Shown piece after piece: positions 1-8,927 of a stretch of 64,000 nt of DNA; within the stretch, counting starts at the first letter, position 1, and the number at the start of each line of letters is the position of its first letter. A model generated the notes under the pieces. The model worked only from the letters and a program-made list of their open reading frames with translations. It did not search any database and was not told the origin of the DNA. Both the position numbers and the translations under genes were made by a program. The stretch comes from a virus: the IMG/VR virus record IMGVR_UViG_3300045988_167643; one strand, given 5' to 3'.

Positions 1-1443
1 GTACTTGCACCTAAGAGTAACATTACAGAAAAATCACTTACACAAGATGAAAAAAATATGAGATGGGCTTTAAATAAATATTTTTATAGTACAAACAGAT
101 ATAGTTTAAAGTCTTCTTACTTATTTATGCTGAAAGAAAAATATTGCGATATAAATGGCAAGCTACAATCAAATATTCCATCTTTTTATCAGTTCCGCTA
201 TTTCTATAGGAAAACAAAAAATATGCAAACTTTTTACATCACAAGGGATGGTTTGAGTAATTATCAAAGAAATAAAAGACCATTATTGGGGGATGGAATA
301 CAAGAATTTGCACCTGCAGTTGGAACAGGATTACTTGATGCAACGGTATGTGATATATACCTTATAGATGAAACAAACAGCTTAGTTGGAAGACCTATAT
401 TAACAGTTTGTATAGACGCATATAGCAGTTTTTGTTATGGCTATGCATTAACTTGGGAAGGTGGTATTTATAGTTTAAAAGTACTTATGCAAAATATGGT
501 ATCTAATAAAAAGAAACATTGTGAAGAACTTGGTATATTCATAAATGAGAATCAGTGGAGCATATCTGAAATTCCTGGAACGTTTGTAACTGATATGGGA
601 AAAGAATATGTATCTGAGAATTTTGAACAAATAACTGAGCTTGGAGTTACACTAAAAAACTTGCCACCATACCGTCCTGAGTTAAAAGGTGTTGTAGAAA
701 AATTTTTTAATATAATTCAAGAAACATACAAACCTTATTTAAAAAATAAAGGTATAGTGGAACCTGATTTTCTTGAAAGAGGCGTACATGATTATAGAAA
801 AGATGCATGTTTGACAATAGAAGACTTTGAAAAAATCATAGTGCGATGTATTGTGTATTATAACTCGCAACGTATTTTAAAGAACTTCCCTTATACAGAA
901 GACATGATAGAAAACGATATTAAGCCATATGCAAATAATATTTTTGAGTACAGCAAATTATCTCCAGGAGCTAACTTAATACCGGTAACATTGAAACAAA
1001 TTATGCTTACATTACTTCCAAGGACCACTGGCGTATTTAGCAGATTTGGACTTAAAGTGAATAAAATGAGGTACAAAAATGAGAATTATGTTGAAAAATA
1101 TTTGGTTGGTGGGGAAGTAACGGTTGCTTATAATCCAGATAATGTAAGTTATGTATGGCTTATAGAAAATGGATGTTATATACAGTTTAAATTGATTGAA
1201 AGTAGGTATAATGGAAAAGAGTTAACTGATGTAGAATTGATCGAAAAAGAACATCGAAAACTCGTAAATAATCATTGTAATAGTAACACTCAGGCACAAA
1301 TTGATTTGGCAAATTCTTTAGAAGAGATAGTGGCTAATGTACAGAAACCTCAAAAATTAAATATGAAATGTGTTACATCTGTTAAAAATAGAGCTAAAAG
1401 AAAATGTCATATTGATTTCATGGAGGATATCTTAAATGGATGA
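1..1443 (+). CDS. tniA: DDE transposase, TnsB/TniA (Mu/rve) type, 5'-partial
   Basis: Frame 1 is open from nt 1 with no stop before the first ATG at 58, so the gene is truncated by the window edge. It has rve-type core motifs LLDATVCDIYLID and FVTDMGKEY. Its stop overlaps the next ORF start (1436-1443). Confidence 0.8.
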   Translation, partial: VLAPKSNITEKSLTQDEKNMRWALNKYFYSTNRYSLKSSYLFMLKEKYCDINGKLQSNIPSFYQFRYFYRKTKNMQTFYITRDGLSNYQRNKRPLLGDGIQEFAPAVGTGLLDATVCDIYLIDETNSLVGRPILTVCIDAYSSFCYGYALTWEGGIYSLKVLMQNMVSNKKKHCEELGIFINENQWSISEIPGTFVTDMGKEYVSENFEQITELGVTLKNLPPYRPELKGVVEKFFNIIQETYKPYLKNKGIVEPDFLERGVHDYRKDACLTIEDFEKIIVRCIVYYNSQRILKNFPYTEDMIENDIKPYANNIFEYSKLSPGANLIPVTLKQIMLTLLPRTTGVFSRFGLKVNKMRYKNENYVEKYLVGGEVTVAYNPDNVSYVWLIENGCYIQFKLIESRYNGKELTDVELIEKEHRKLVNNHCNSNTQAQIDLANSLEEIVANVQKPQKLNMKCVTSVKNRAKRKCHIDFMEDILNG

Positions 1444-2671
1444 TTATACAAAAATATTACCTAAAATGTTATCAGGAGATGGACTTGTAAAAGCATTGTC
1501 TGTTGTTCCAAAATATGATGAAAATAGTAAAAATATGGATATTGGAGAAAGGCTGATTGCCCTATCAAATCTATATGATATTTATATTCCATCTAAAATG
1601 TCCATAGAGATTTATAACAAATTATATTTGTCTTTATATCACTCACTAAAAAAGAAGAGTTCAAAATTGGCATCACAGCAAAGATACGAAAATTACAAAA
1701 GATTTTTAACAGGAAACTCTAATAGTATAATTGGCGGATCTGATTCATTTACAATAATAGGGAGTTCAGGTATTGGTAAAAGTACAGCCGTTAACAGGGC
1801 AGTAGATGTTATTGTTGAAAATTGTAAATTTGATTGCAATTTATTCTCAGATATAATTCCATTTGTAACTGTACAATGCCCATTTGATTCATCTGTAAAA
1901 GGTCTTGCGATCGAAATTTTGATGAAGATAAACAGTATGCTTAAAACACAATATTTAAATGGGAAAATTATTGATAAATGTACCACAGATGCCCTCATAA
2001 GCCAAATAAGTACAATAGCAATGAATAATATAGGTGTTCTTATCATTGATGAGATACAAAATGTTGCAAACTCAAAAAACGGTAAAAATATAATAGGATT
2101 TCTTACACAGCTTATCAACAATAGTGGAATAAGTATTTGCATGGTTGGGACTCCGGAAAGCGTGTTATTTTTTGAAGGCGCAGAGCATCTTGCCAGAAGA
2201 ACTATGGGGCTTAAATATACAACACTTTCTTATGATGAGTACTTTAAAAACATATGTAATATATTATTTAGATATCAATATACTATAAAAAATGCAACAA
2301 TAAATGAAGAGTTTTATAAATGGATATATGACCATTCCTGCGGTAACATTTCAATTGTAATATCATTATTACACGATGCTCAGGAAATTGCTATAATGTC
2401 AGGAGTTAGTAAGATTAATATTAATATATTGAATGAAGCATACCAAAATAGGATTGAAATGTATCACAAATTTATACAACCAAGCATTAACAAAGTCGAT
2501 AAAAAGAAAAATAAACACATAGTATCTGATAGAACAAATAATATCACACAAGATTGCGTAATAAAAGAGTTTAATAACATTGAAACGATATTGAAAATAT
2601 CTAAGGAAAAAAATATTGATTTTATAAAACTGCTCAAACAATCAATTATAGTGGAGGAAATAAAAATATGA
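1436..2671 (+). CDS. tniB: AAA+ transposition ATPase, TniB/TnsC type
   Basis: Walker A GSSGIGKST and Walker B LIIDEIQN are present. It overlaps the upstream ORF by 8 nt and the downstream ORF by ATGA. It sits between the transposase and TniQ. Confidence 0.8.
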   Translation: MDDYTKILPKMLSGDGLVKALSVVPKYDENSKNMDIGERLIALSNLYDIYIPSKMSIEIYNKLYLSLYHSLKKKSSKLASQQRYENYKRFLTGNSNSIIGGSDSFTIIGSSGIGKSTAVNRAVDVIVENCKFDCNLFSDIIPFVTVQCPFDSSVKGLAIEILMKINSMLKTQYLNGKIIDKCTTDALISQISTIAMNNIGVLIIDEIQNVANSKNGKNIIGFLTQLINNSGISICMVGTPESVLFFEGAEHLARRTMGLKYTTLSYDEYFKNICNILFRYQYTIKNATINEEFYKWIYDHSCGNISIVISLLHDAQEIAIMSGVSKININILNEAYQNRIEMYHKFIQPSINKVDKKKNKHIVSDRTNNITQDCVIKEFNNIETILKISKEKNIDFIKLLKQSIIVEEIKI

Positions 2672-3480
2672 CAAACAGACTTCCTAGCATCTATGATGAC
2701 GAAACAGTTTACAGCTGGTTCTGTAGATATCTTATAAGTAGCGGTATATGGAGAGAGCATGAGATTGCAAAAGAACTATTTGTAAACAGTACAAATGTTA
2801 TTAGTAAATTATTTATTGGAAATATTAATAAAGATACCGAAAATAATATTGAGAAAGTTATATCAATAGAAAATCTGTTAAAACATCATACAATGTTTTA
2901 TGTTTATACAGGGTATTGTTCAAATGACTATGCTAATGAATTCCTTTATAATTTAAAAACGGACTGCTATAAAACAGAGCTTAATATAAGAAGACCACGT
3001 AGCGAAAATAGACAATTGAAATATTGTCCAATGTGTATTATTGAGGATCGTAAAAAATATGGAGAAGCATATTGGCATAATATACATCAAATACGAATGT
3101 TACCGATATGTCCTATACACAAGTGCAAATTGCATAATAGTGAAATACGTTATATTGGTTATGGAAGAGTAAGAGAAAAATTATCTCCACTAGAAATGAT
3201 GAATCTTAACTCTGATGTAGAATATAACACAAATGAAATGCTTGATAAAATAGTTGAATACGCAATTGACAGGTATTATAAACAAGACATAAAAGATATT
3301 GGTATTGATTATTTGTCGATTAGAAAAGAAAATTGGGGATTAAGAAGTAACATAATTAGTTTTTATAAAAAACATGGAATAAATTTTTGCGGTAAAGAAA
3401 TAGACTCAATGGTATATGACAATAGAAAAAATTTTTATACAATGAGTGCCATATATTATTATTTAAAAATATGCCATTAA
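2668..3480 (+). CDS. tniQ: TniQ-family target-selection protein
   Basis: The N-terminal LPSIYDDETVYSWFCRY is TniQ-like and there is a CPMC...CPIHKC zinc finger. It is the third gene of the translationally coupled trio. Confidence 0.7.
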   Translation: MTNRLPSIYDDETVYSWFCRYLISSGIWREHEIAKELFVNSTNVISKLFIGNINKDTENNIEKVISIENLLKHHTMFYVYTGYCSNDYANEFLYNLKTDCYKTELNIRRPRSENRQLKYCPMCIIEDRKKYGEAYWHNIHQIRMLPICPIHKCKLHNSEIRYIGYGRVREKLSPLEMMNLNSDVEYNTNEMLDKIVEYAIDRYYKQDIKDIGIDYLSIRKENWGLRSNIISFYKKHGINFCGKEIDSMVYDNRKNFYTMSAIYYYLKICH

Positions 3481-3556
3481 TTTCAAAATTATCTTGAAAC
3501 TTTAGTTGTTATGGAGTAGTATAATTATAAAATTATCCAATAGGAGGAATTTTATT

Positions 3557-3844
3557 ATGGCAGCAAGAACAAGACGAACAAAAGAAGAAGTGCTTAATTC
3601 AAAACTTACAAAAATTGATGAAGAAATTAAAAAATTAACTGAGAAGATTAATGTATTATCAGAACAGAAGAAAAATATTGATAAAGAACTTGCTATTTTA
3701 AAAGACCAGAAATCTAAAGCCGAACGTGCAGCCCAGCTTACAGCTCTTGCAGATCTTATGGATTCCAACGGTTACACGATTGATGAACTGAAGGAGCTTA
3801 TGTCCATGCCGAAACCAACGGTAGAAGTAGCTGATGAGGAATAG
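3557..3844 (+). CDS. small coiled-coil protein (transposon cargo)
   Basis: The ATG at 3557 lies 7 nt after TAGGAGGAAT. The N-terminus is basic (MAARTRRTKEE) and is followed by heptad-like K/E/L-rich sequence. The track start at 3506 (TTG) lacks an RBS. Confidence 0.6.
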   Translation: MAARTRRTKEEVLNSKLTKIDEEIKKLTEKINVLSEQKKNIDKELAILKDQKSKAERAAQLTALADLMDSNGYTIDELKELMSMPKPTVEVADEE

Positions 3845-3923
3845 TAAACGAGGGATAATATAAACGTAGCGTTAGAAAAGTAGTAGAGTAGGGTAGTGGA
3901 ATGATAGAATTGTAATACACTAT

Positions 3924-3980
3924 AAAAGCCTGGGCGAGTGCATGTATTGATTTGCATTGTTGCCTGGGCTTTTATTATGG
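3924..3980 (+). terminator. putative rho-independent terminator
   Basis: AAAAGCCTGGGC (3924-3935) can pair with GCCTGGGCTTTT (3962-3973) as RNA, using two G-U wobbles. A U-rich tail follows. The large 26-nt loop lowers confidence. Confidence 0.4.
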
Positions 3981-4064
3981 TCATTAGACCACATTGTACA
4001 TGGAAATATACAGTAAAATATAGTAATATATTAGTAGAAAAGAACAGATTGGAGGGTTGACAAT

Positions 4065-4316
4065 ATGGACACATATACAGAACAAGACAGATTAAATGAT
4101 TTCAAATATTTTGTAAGTATATACCAAGATTTATATAATAAATATGGAGAATCCTTTATAGCGCTGAAAAATAAGAAAATTCTTGGAGCATTTAAAACAG
4201 TAAATGAAGCAATACAAGCGCTCTCAGACAAATATAAGCTCGGAACATACATTATTCAAGAATGTAATGGTGATGAATCTGGATATACTGCATCTATTAT
4301 GACAATAAGGATATAA
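4065..4316 (+). CDS. small protein, family A (partner of retropepsin-like protease)
   Basis: Strong RBS TTGGAGGGTTGACAATATG. It shares the motif YxKYGE/D-x-(F/Y)(I/L)x(I/L)(K/R)...G(A/S)(F/Y)KT with ORFs 44984..45331 and 45850..46140. Confidence 0.7.
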   Translation: MDTYTEQDRLNDFKYFVSIYQDLYNKYGESFIALKNKKILGAFKTVNEAIQALSDKYKLGTYIIQECNGDESGYTASIMTIRI

Positions 4317-4320
4317 TATT

Positions 4321-4806
4321 ATGGACTTATACTTGGCATTTACTTTAAAATCAAAAGATATATCAAAACGTTTAATTACAGATATATTTATTAATTTGGA
4401 TAAGGAAGATATTTACAAGAATAGAGCATGGCGAGGAGTATGGGATACTGGTGCTACAAGATCGGCAATAGATAAAAGAATAGTTGATGAATTAAATTTG
4501 ACATCAGTAGGTAAGGCTAGACTTAGTACAGCAAATGGTGAAAAAATCGTAAACACTTATCGCATATCTATGATATTGCCAAATGAAGTTACAATCAGTA
4601 ATGTACTTGTATCAGAAGTCGAGTTAGGTGAAGATTGTGATTTGTTGGTTGGAATGGATATTATATCAAAGGGGGATTTTTCAATAACAAATAAATATGG
4701 TGAAACTGTATTTAGTTTTAGAACTCCCTCAATAAAAGAAATTGATTATGTTAAAGAATCAAAGAAAGAAATAGAACAATTTATAGCGCTGAATTACAAT
4801 AAATAA
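4321..4806 (+). CDS. retropepsin-like (single DTG) aspartic protease
   Basis: WDTGATRSAI is a D-T-G-A active-site signature, and VGMDIISKGDF plus FSFRTPS are also present. It is a paralogue of 45376..45846. The RBS AAGGA lies 4 nt after the upstream gene. Confidence 0.75.
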   Translation: MDLYLAFTLKSKDISKRLITDIFINLDKEDIYKNRAWRGVWDTGATRSAIDKRIVDELNLTSVGKARLSTANGEKIVNTYRISMILPNEVTISNVLVSEVELGEDCDLLVGMDIISKGDFSITNKYGETVFSFRTPSIKEIDYVKESKKEIEQFIALNYNK

Positions 4807-4817
4807 TGCTAACTCTA

Positions 4818-4826
4818 TGCTATAAT
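4818..4826 (+). promoter_or_regulatory. extended -10 element TGcTATAAT
   Basis: TGCTATAAT lies 50 nt upstream of the strong RBS and ATG at 4876. No good -35 element is present. Confidence 0.4.
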
Positions 4827-4875
4827 ATCCCTAAAGAGATCCACCACTAATTCACCACGCAAGGAGGTAACCATA

Positions 4876-4968
4876 ATGCCAACACAGATTGCTGCAACAC
4901 CACAACAAGAGGTCGCAGCAACCACAGACTATCCAGTCACAGACCAGTCATCATCCGATCAGGATTAA
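4876..4968 (+). CDS. 30-aa peptide ORF (MPTQIAATPQQEVAATTDYPVTDQSSSDQD)
   Basis: Near-perfect SD AAGGAGGT lies 7 nt upstream of the ATG, in an otherwise ORF-free and visibly GC-richer spacer. It is below the 60-aa cutoff of the ORF track. Confidence 0.4.
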   Translation: MPTQIAATPQQEVAATTDYPVTDQSSSDQD

Positions 4969-5302
4969 CATACTTAATACATAACCACACAAAAGACAGT
5001 CAGGCTCACGCAGTTTGGCTTTTAACATTTCAATCTCACACAAAATCCACAAAATAGAGTTTACATATGCTTGAATTGGAAGCTTTTGGATTAGAAGCTT
5101 TAAAGGTTATCAAAGGTTACATTGTATCATGCTAGGCTTAAGGATATATGGGGTCATATAAATGATCCAAGACTATATGTGCACTCTCTTTTATGGATTT
5201 TTTGAAATGTGTTTTAGACAAGAATTATAATACTATAAAGTCACACATATGTCTATTAGAATCGTTCGACATAAATCTACATACAGTTAGTAAAAACAAA
5301 AC

Positions 5303-5350
5303 GCGAAAAAATGGGGTAGTAAGCTGTATAATAACAACTTATTACCCCAT
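5303..5350 (-). terminator. rho-independent terminator ending the phage late operon
   Basis: On the minus strand, ATGGGGTAATAAG...CTTACTACCCCAT forms a 13-bp stem with one mismatch (5311-5323/5338-5350). TTTTTT follows, 9 nt after the stop of 5359..5937. Confidence 0.85.
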
Positions 5351-5358
5351 AGGTATAA

Positions 5359-5937
5359 TTACTGCTTAAAGCCTTTTTCCATCAGTTCAAGATATTTATT
5401 ACGAACAAATTGCATTGATGAATTAACCTTTCCATTTTCGAGACCATTTTCTTCTAACACACGTTCATATTCTGTGTATGTATCAAAAATATGATCATAA
5501 ATTTCTTTATTATATACTCTACCGTTCATAACAGCATTTGAAAAGTCTAAAATTTCCCAACGCATGTCATTAATCTCTTTGTTAACTAACATTTTCCTTA
5601 AATTCTCAACTGAATTTTGCAGTAACGTCTGACTGTCGGTTAATTGTTTCTGTATATCAAATGATTGGTCTCTATCATGGATTCTATTATCCTTAAACTG
5701 TTGAATTTCTTTCTGTAAATCTATAATTTGATTATTCAAGTCTTTGATACGTTCCTCTTGTGCCTGTTTAGCTAAAGCAGATTTTGTAGTAATTCCAAAT
5801 GTAGAAACAACGAAGTCTTTAATTTTTACGCATAGCATTACAATACCTATTGCAATCAAAACTCCAATTACAACGGTCCACCAATCAAAACTGCGTACAA
5901 CTTCTACATTCTCTTTAATCCCACCAAACTTATCCAT
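5359..5937 (-). CDS. membrane-anchored coiled-coil protein, last gene of lysis cassette
   Basis: One N-terminal TM helix (WWTVVIGVLIAIGIVMLCV) is followed by a long Q/E/K/L-rich helix. It lies directly downstream of the endolysin. A holin or lysis-regulator role is inferred from position only. Confidence 0.55.
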   Translation of the reverse strand: MDKFGGIKENVEVVRSFDWWTVVIGVLIAIGIVMLCVKIKDFVVSTFGITTKSALAKQAQEERIKDLNNQIIDLQKEIQQFKDNRIHDRDQSFDIQKQLTDSQTLLQNSVENLRKMLVNKEINDMRWEILDFSNAVMNGRVYNKEIYDHIFDTYTEYERVLEENGLENGKVNSSMQFVRNKYLELMEKGFKQ

Positions 5938-5984
5938 TTAAATCACCTTATCCTCACTCCCTTTATTCATTGTGTGCTGTACTA

Positions 5985-7004
5985 TCATTTAACAAGATAC
6001 CTACTGGAAACAAATCCAGGTGTATCTTTGTATGTAACAAGATACCACTTGACTCCATTGACGGTAGTGTAGTATCCATAATTTGCAACAGATTTTCCAT
6101 TAGGGATTGTAATGATAAGATTTGAATTGGATGTATCTCCTGGTTTATAACGAAGATTAAGACCATTAGATGCTTTAACCTTGTAAGTACCAGCAATTGA
6201 TTTATTAAAGGACTGTGCAGAAGCAACTTTAGAAGATGATGCAATAGATGGCTTTGAACTTGGTTTTGGAGCCGATTCTGCTTTAATTTTAGCATTATAT
6301 AAGGTTGTAAGTTTAGCTTTTGTAGCCTCACCATAAAGACCGTCTGCAACAAGCCCATTATCACGCTGAAACGCTTTTACAGATGCTAATGATCCTGATC
6401 CAAAATCTCCATCAGCACCATATTTTCCACATGAATAACCAAGTTTAATAAGCATTGTCTGCATTGTTTTTACTGCATCACCTTTATCACCCATAGCAAG
6501 ATAATTTTTTGTAGTTACAGGCGGATTACCATCAGCTGCTTCAGTATATCTGAGAACAACATTCCATGGATAATTTCTATAAGAGCGAATTAAGAATTCA
6601 CGTCCAGTCTGGTCCCCAGGTTTACCTCCAGTAGCTCTACCATTTTCATTGATAGATGCTTCAACTTCAAGTCCATTACCACAATACATTGCGACATGAT
6701 ACTTTTCATTAAGTAAAATATCACCACGCTGCAATCCGGCTCCTGTTGCAAGATTTACTTTAGATGTTACGTCCTTAAATTCAAAATGTGTAAATACTGC
6801 TTTCATAACACCAGTATAAGCACAGCCATAAGTTTTAAATGAATAATCTTTTACAGGAATACCTGCATTAACCCACGCAGTGTAAACAGCAGAAGAGCAG
6901 TCATAATCGCCTTTTTCGTTCCAACGATAAGCCTGATCGTAACCATGACTATTATCACGAGCAGTTGCTTCCATCCAACGAGTAGCTTTTTCTGTTTTTG
7001 TCAT
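5985..7004 (-). CDS. endolysin: Cys-peptidase (Amidase_5/NlpC-P60-like) + PG_binding_1-like + SH3-like domains
   Basis: The N-terminus has NSHGYDQAYRW...DYDCSSAVY and a later HVAMY, a Cys/His papain-fold signature remembered from phage peptidoglycan hydrolases. The middle has GDKGDAVKTMQTMLIKLGY...DGDFG...FQRDNGLVADG, a PG-binding repeat. The C-terminus YKVKASNGLNLRYKPG...VKWYLVTY is SH3-like. Confidence 0.85.
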   Translation of the reverse strand: MTKTEKATRWMEATARDNSHGYDQAYRWNEKGDYDCSSAVYTAWVNAGIPVKDYSFKTYGCAYTGVMKAVFTHFEFKDVTSKVNLATGAGLQRGDILLNEKYHVAMYCGNGLEVEASINENGRATGGKPGDQTGREFLIRSYRNYPWNVVLRYTEAADGNPPVTTKNYLAMGDKGDAVKTMQTMLIKLGYSCGKYGADGDFGSGSLASVKAFQRDNGLVADGLYGEATKAKLTTLYNAKIKAESAPKPSSKPSIASSSKVASAQSFNKSIAGTYKVKASNGLNLRYKPGDTSNSNLIITIPNGKSVANYGYYTTVNGVKWYLVTYKDTPGFVSSRYLVK

Positions 7005-7137
7005 AAGATGTGACTCCTTTCTTAGAATTGAATTTAGAGTTAAATTTTAGAAGTGATCAATTACCATATATTTCCAGTGAAATATTTAATTAAAATTGGT
7101 ATAATTTAAAAAAAATAGAAAAGGATGGTAATAAAAA

Positions 7138-7494
7138 ATGGCAACTGATATGAAAGAAAAATTTGAAATCAAGAATTATGTTAAATTGATTTGCCTAAGA
7201 CTTGATCATTATGAAAGTTTTATAGAAGATGAAGTGAATACAGACTGTATCTCAGATATTAATAATTTTATACTTAAACATAAAAATGAAGAGGGAGTTA
7301 AGATTTTAATATTTGAGATGAAAAATATGAGAATGACTACGATTTCTCAGGCGAGAGAGTATATACAACATCTACATGCATTCGATTACATTCGTGGATT
7401 GATTGAATCCGGGCATGATCTTATTACTGCAGACCAAGTTGATAAAATGTCAATAGGTGAAATAATTACATATATGCTTGATTACAAAAAATAA
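7138..7494 (+). CDS. hypothetical protein (opposite-strand moron)
   Basis: RBS AAAGGATGG lies upstream of the ATG. The gene is convergent with 7526..7957 and shares a hairpin with it. No motif was recognised. Confidence 0.5.
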   Translation: MATDMKEKFEIKNYVKLICLRLDHYESFIEDEVNTDCISDINNFILKHKNEEGVKILIFEMKNMRMTTISQAREYIQHLHAFDYIRGLIESGHDLITADQVDKMSIGEIITYMLDYKK

Positions 7495-7502
7495 TAAAAT
7501 TA

Positions 7503-7520
7503 GGGGGCATGATAGCCCCC
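7503..7520. terminator. bidirectional GC hairpin between convergent genes
   Basis: GGGGGC-atgata-GCCCCC is flanked by A/T runs on both sides. Confidence 0.6.
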
Positions 7521-7525
7521 ATTTG

Positions 7526-7957
7526 CTATTTAAGCTTAAAATTGTAATGTGGTTCATCTTCATTAAAGAACCAGTACCTTAGATAATCGTCCAAGATAAT
7601 TCCAAATGCACATACCGGCAAAAAGAGTAATGCAAACTGCCAAGAAGTCTGTCCGAGAATATTTCCAGGAAGATTACTATAATCCCAAATTCCAAGACCA
7701 AACCATAAGTTTAAAACACATCCTGTCAAAAATTCTGCTATCAGTACAAATGCTTCAGATTTTGCTAATTGCTTCCAAAACGGATAATCCCATGAAGTTT
7801 TTTCATTTTGCAACCCACAATAAATGAAACATATTCCACCAAGAATAAACATACTTAAATAGCTATATCCTCTGAACAGGACTTCTATGTAGTAATAGAT
7901 AGAACCACCCATGTAAAACAAAAATAAATATTTAGCCCATGGCTTTAATTTATTCAT
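7526..7957 (-). CDS. polytopic membrane protein (DUF1113 / 'ABC-transporter type IV'-like)
   Basis: About 4 TM helices are present, with the motif GLGIWDYSNLPGNILGQTSW, remembered from the PF06541-type family. The family assignment is from memory. Confidence 0.55.
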   Translation of the reverse strand: MNKLKPWAKYLFLFYMGGSIYYYIEVLFRGYSYLSMFILGGICFIYCGLQNEKTSWDYPFWKQLAKSEAFVLIAEFLTGCVLNLWFGLGIWDYSNLPGNILGQTSWQFALLFLPVCAFGIILDDYLRYWFFNEDEPHYNFKLK

Positions 7958-7962
7958 TTATA

Positions 7963-8865
7963 TCACGCCTTTTTAGATGATTTTTCTGTAGCTGCATCTT
8001 CTATATTATCTGTACCATCTGTAGTATTTTCTGTGTCCTTAACATCTGTCTTAGTTTCTGGTACTGCAGTTTCAAGATACTGCTTTACAATACCTTCCAT
8101 TACAGCATTTCCCTGTGCAATTACGGTATCCATATTAGTCTTAATTGCCTGATCTGTAATTTCCTGACCATATTTAACAGCTGCAATCTGTTCTTTGGTA
8201 TTAAGTCCTCTTACATATGTATTCAAAGCATTACAATAAGATGTCTCTGCAAGAATGAGTTTCTGAATCTCACAGTAAATTTTAATAATATCCTGATAGG
8301 TATATACTTTACACTGTGAGCCATCTGCATGATATGGAAGAGATACCTTTGTTGCCATGGCAACATCAGATAAAGTTTTAATATTTGCCTGATCATCACC
8401 TGTGGCAGAGAAGTGTTCTTTACCATATGCAGTTTCCACATCAGCTCCAGCGTAGATTTTCTTCTGGCATTCATCGCCATACTGTTTAATTTTGTATGCT
8501 CTGTACTCTTCAAGAGACATACTTGATTCGTCAACAGTATCTTCACCCATAGCAGCTTCAATAGATTTGATTTTTTCATTGAGATCAACAGCCTTGAGAC
8601 GAACGGTAATTACAGGCTTCATGTTGTTCTCTTCATCCAGATAAAAGTTATATTTTATGGTAGAAGATTCAACGCCGCAATAATTTGTGATAGATTTGAT
8701 TGCCAGACCATACTGATCCATTACAATAATAGACTTCGCACTATTAAACAGATCTACAATTGCTTTTTCATCCTCAGACATGATCGTTACATAAAATGGC
8801 TCATAAGAAATCTCACAATACTTAAATACCTGGTCATCAACTTTAATTTTGCCTAAAATAATCAT
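7963..8865 (-). CDS. hypothetical protein downstream of tail fibre (possible fibre assembly/accessory)
   Basis: RBS GAAAGGAGC. It has an acidic C-terminal tail. The role is suggested only by its position immediately after the tail fibre gene. Confidence 0.45.
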   Translation of the reverse strand: MIILGKIKVDDQVFKYCEISYEPFYVTIMSEDEKAIVDLFNSAKSIIVMDQYGLAIKSITNYCGVESSTIKYNFYLDEENNMKPVITVRLKAVDLNEKIKSIEAAMGEDTVDESSMSLEEYRAYKIKQYGDECQKKIYAGADVETAYGKEHFSATGDDQANIKTLSDVAMATKVSLPYHADGSQCKVYTYQDIIKIYCEIQKLILAETSYCNALNTYVRGLNTKEQIAAVKYGQEITDQAIKTNMDTVIAQGNAVMEGIVKQYLETAVPETKTDVKDTENTTDGTDNIEDAATEKSSKKA

Positions 8866-8889
8866 AATATATTGCTCCTTTCAAATTTT

Positions 8890-8927
8890 GAGTAAAAAAA
8901 TAAAAGGTCACTCAATTAAGAGTAACC
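8890..8927 (-). terminator. rho-independent terminator after tail fibre gene
   Basis: On the minus strand, GGTTACTC-ttaatt-GAGTGACC is followed by TTTTATTTTTTT and starts right after the stop at 8928. Confidence 0.7.

Noticed and set aside
1693-2760. Antisense ORFs inside tniB/tniQ (1693..2142, 2399..2641, 2464..2760)
   Set aside because: They are embedded antisense in well-supported genes. They give Ile/Phe/Leu-rich translations of AT-rich DNA and have no RBS.
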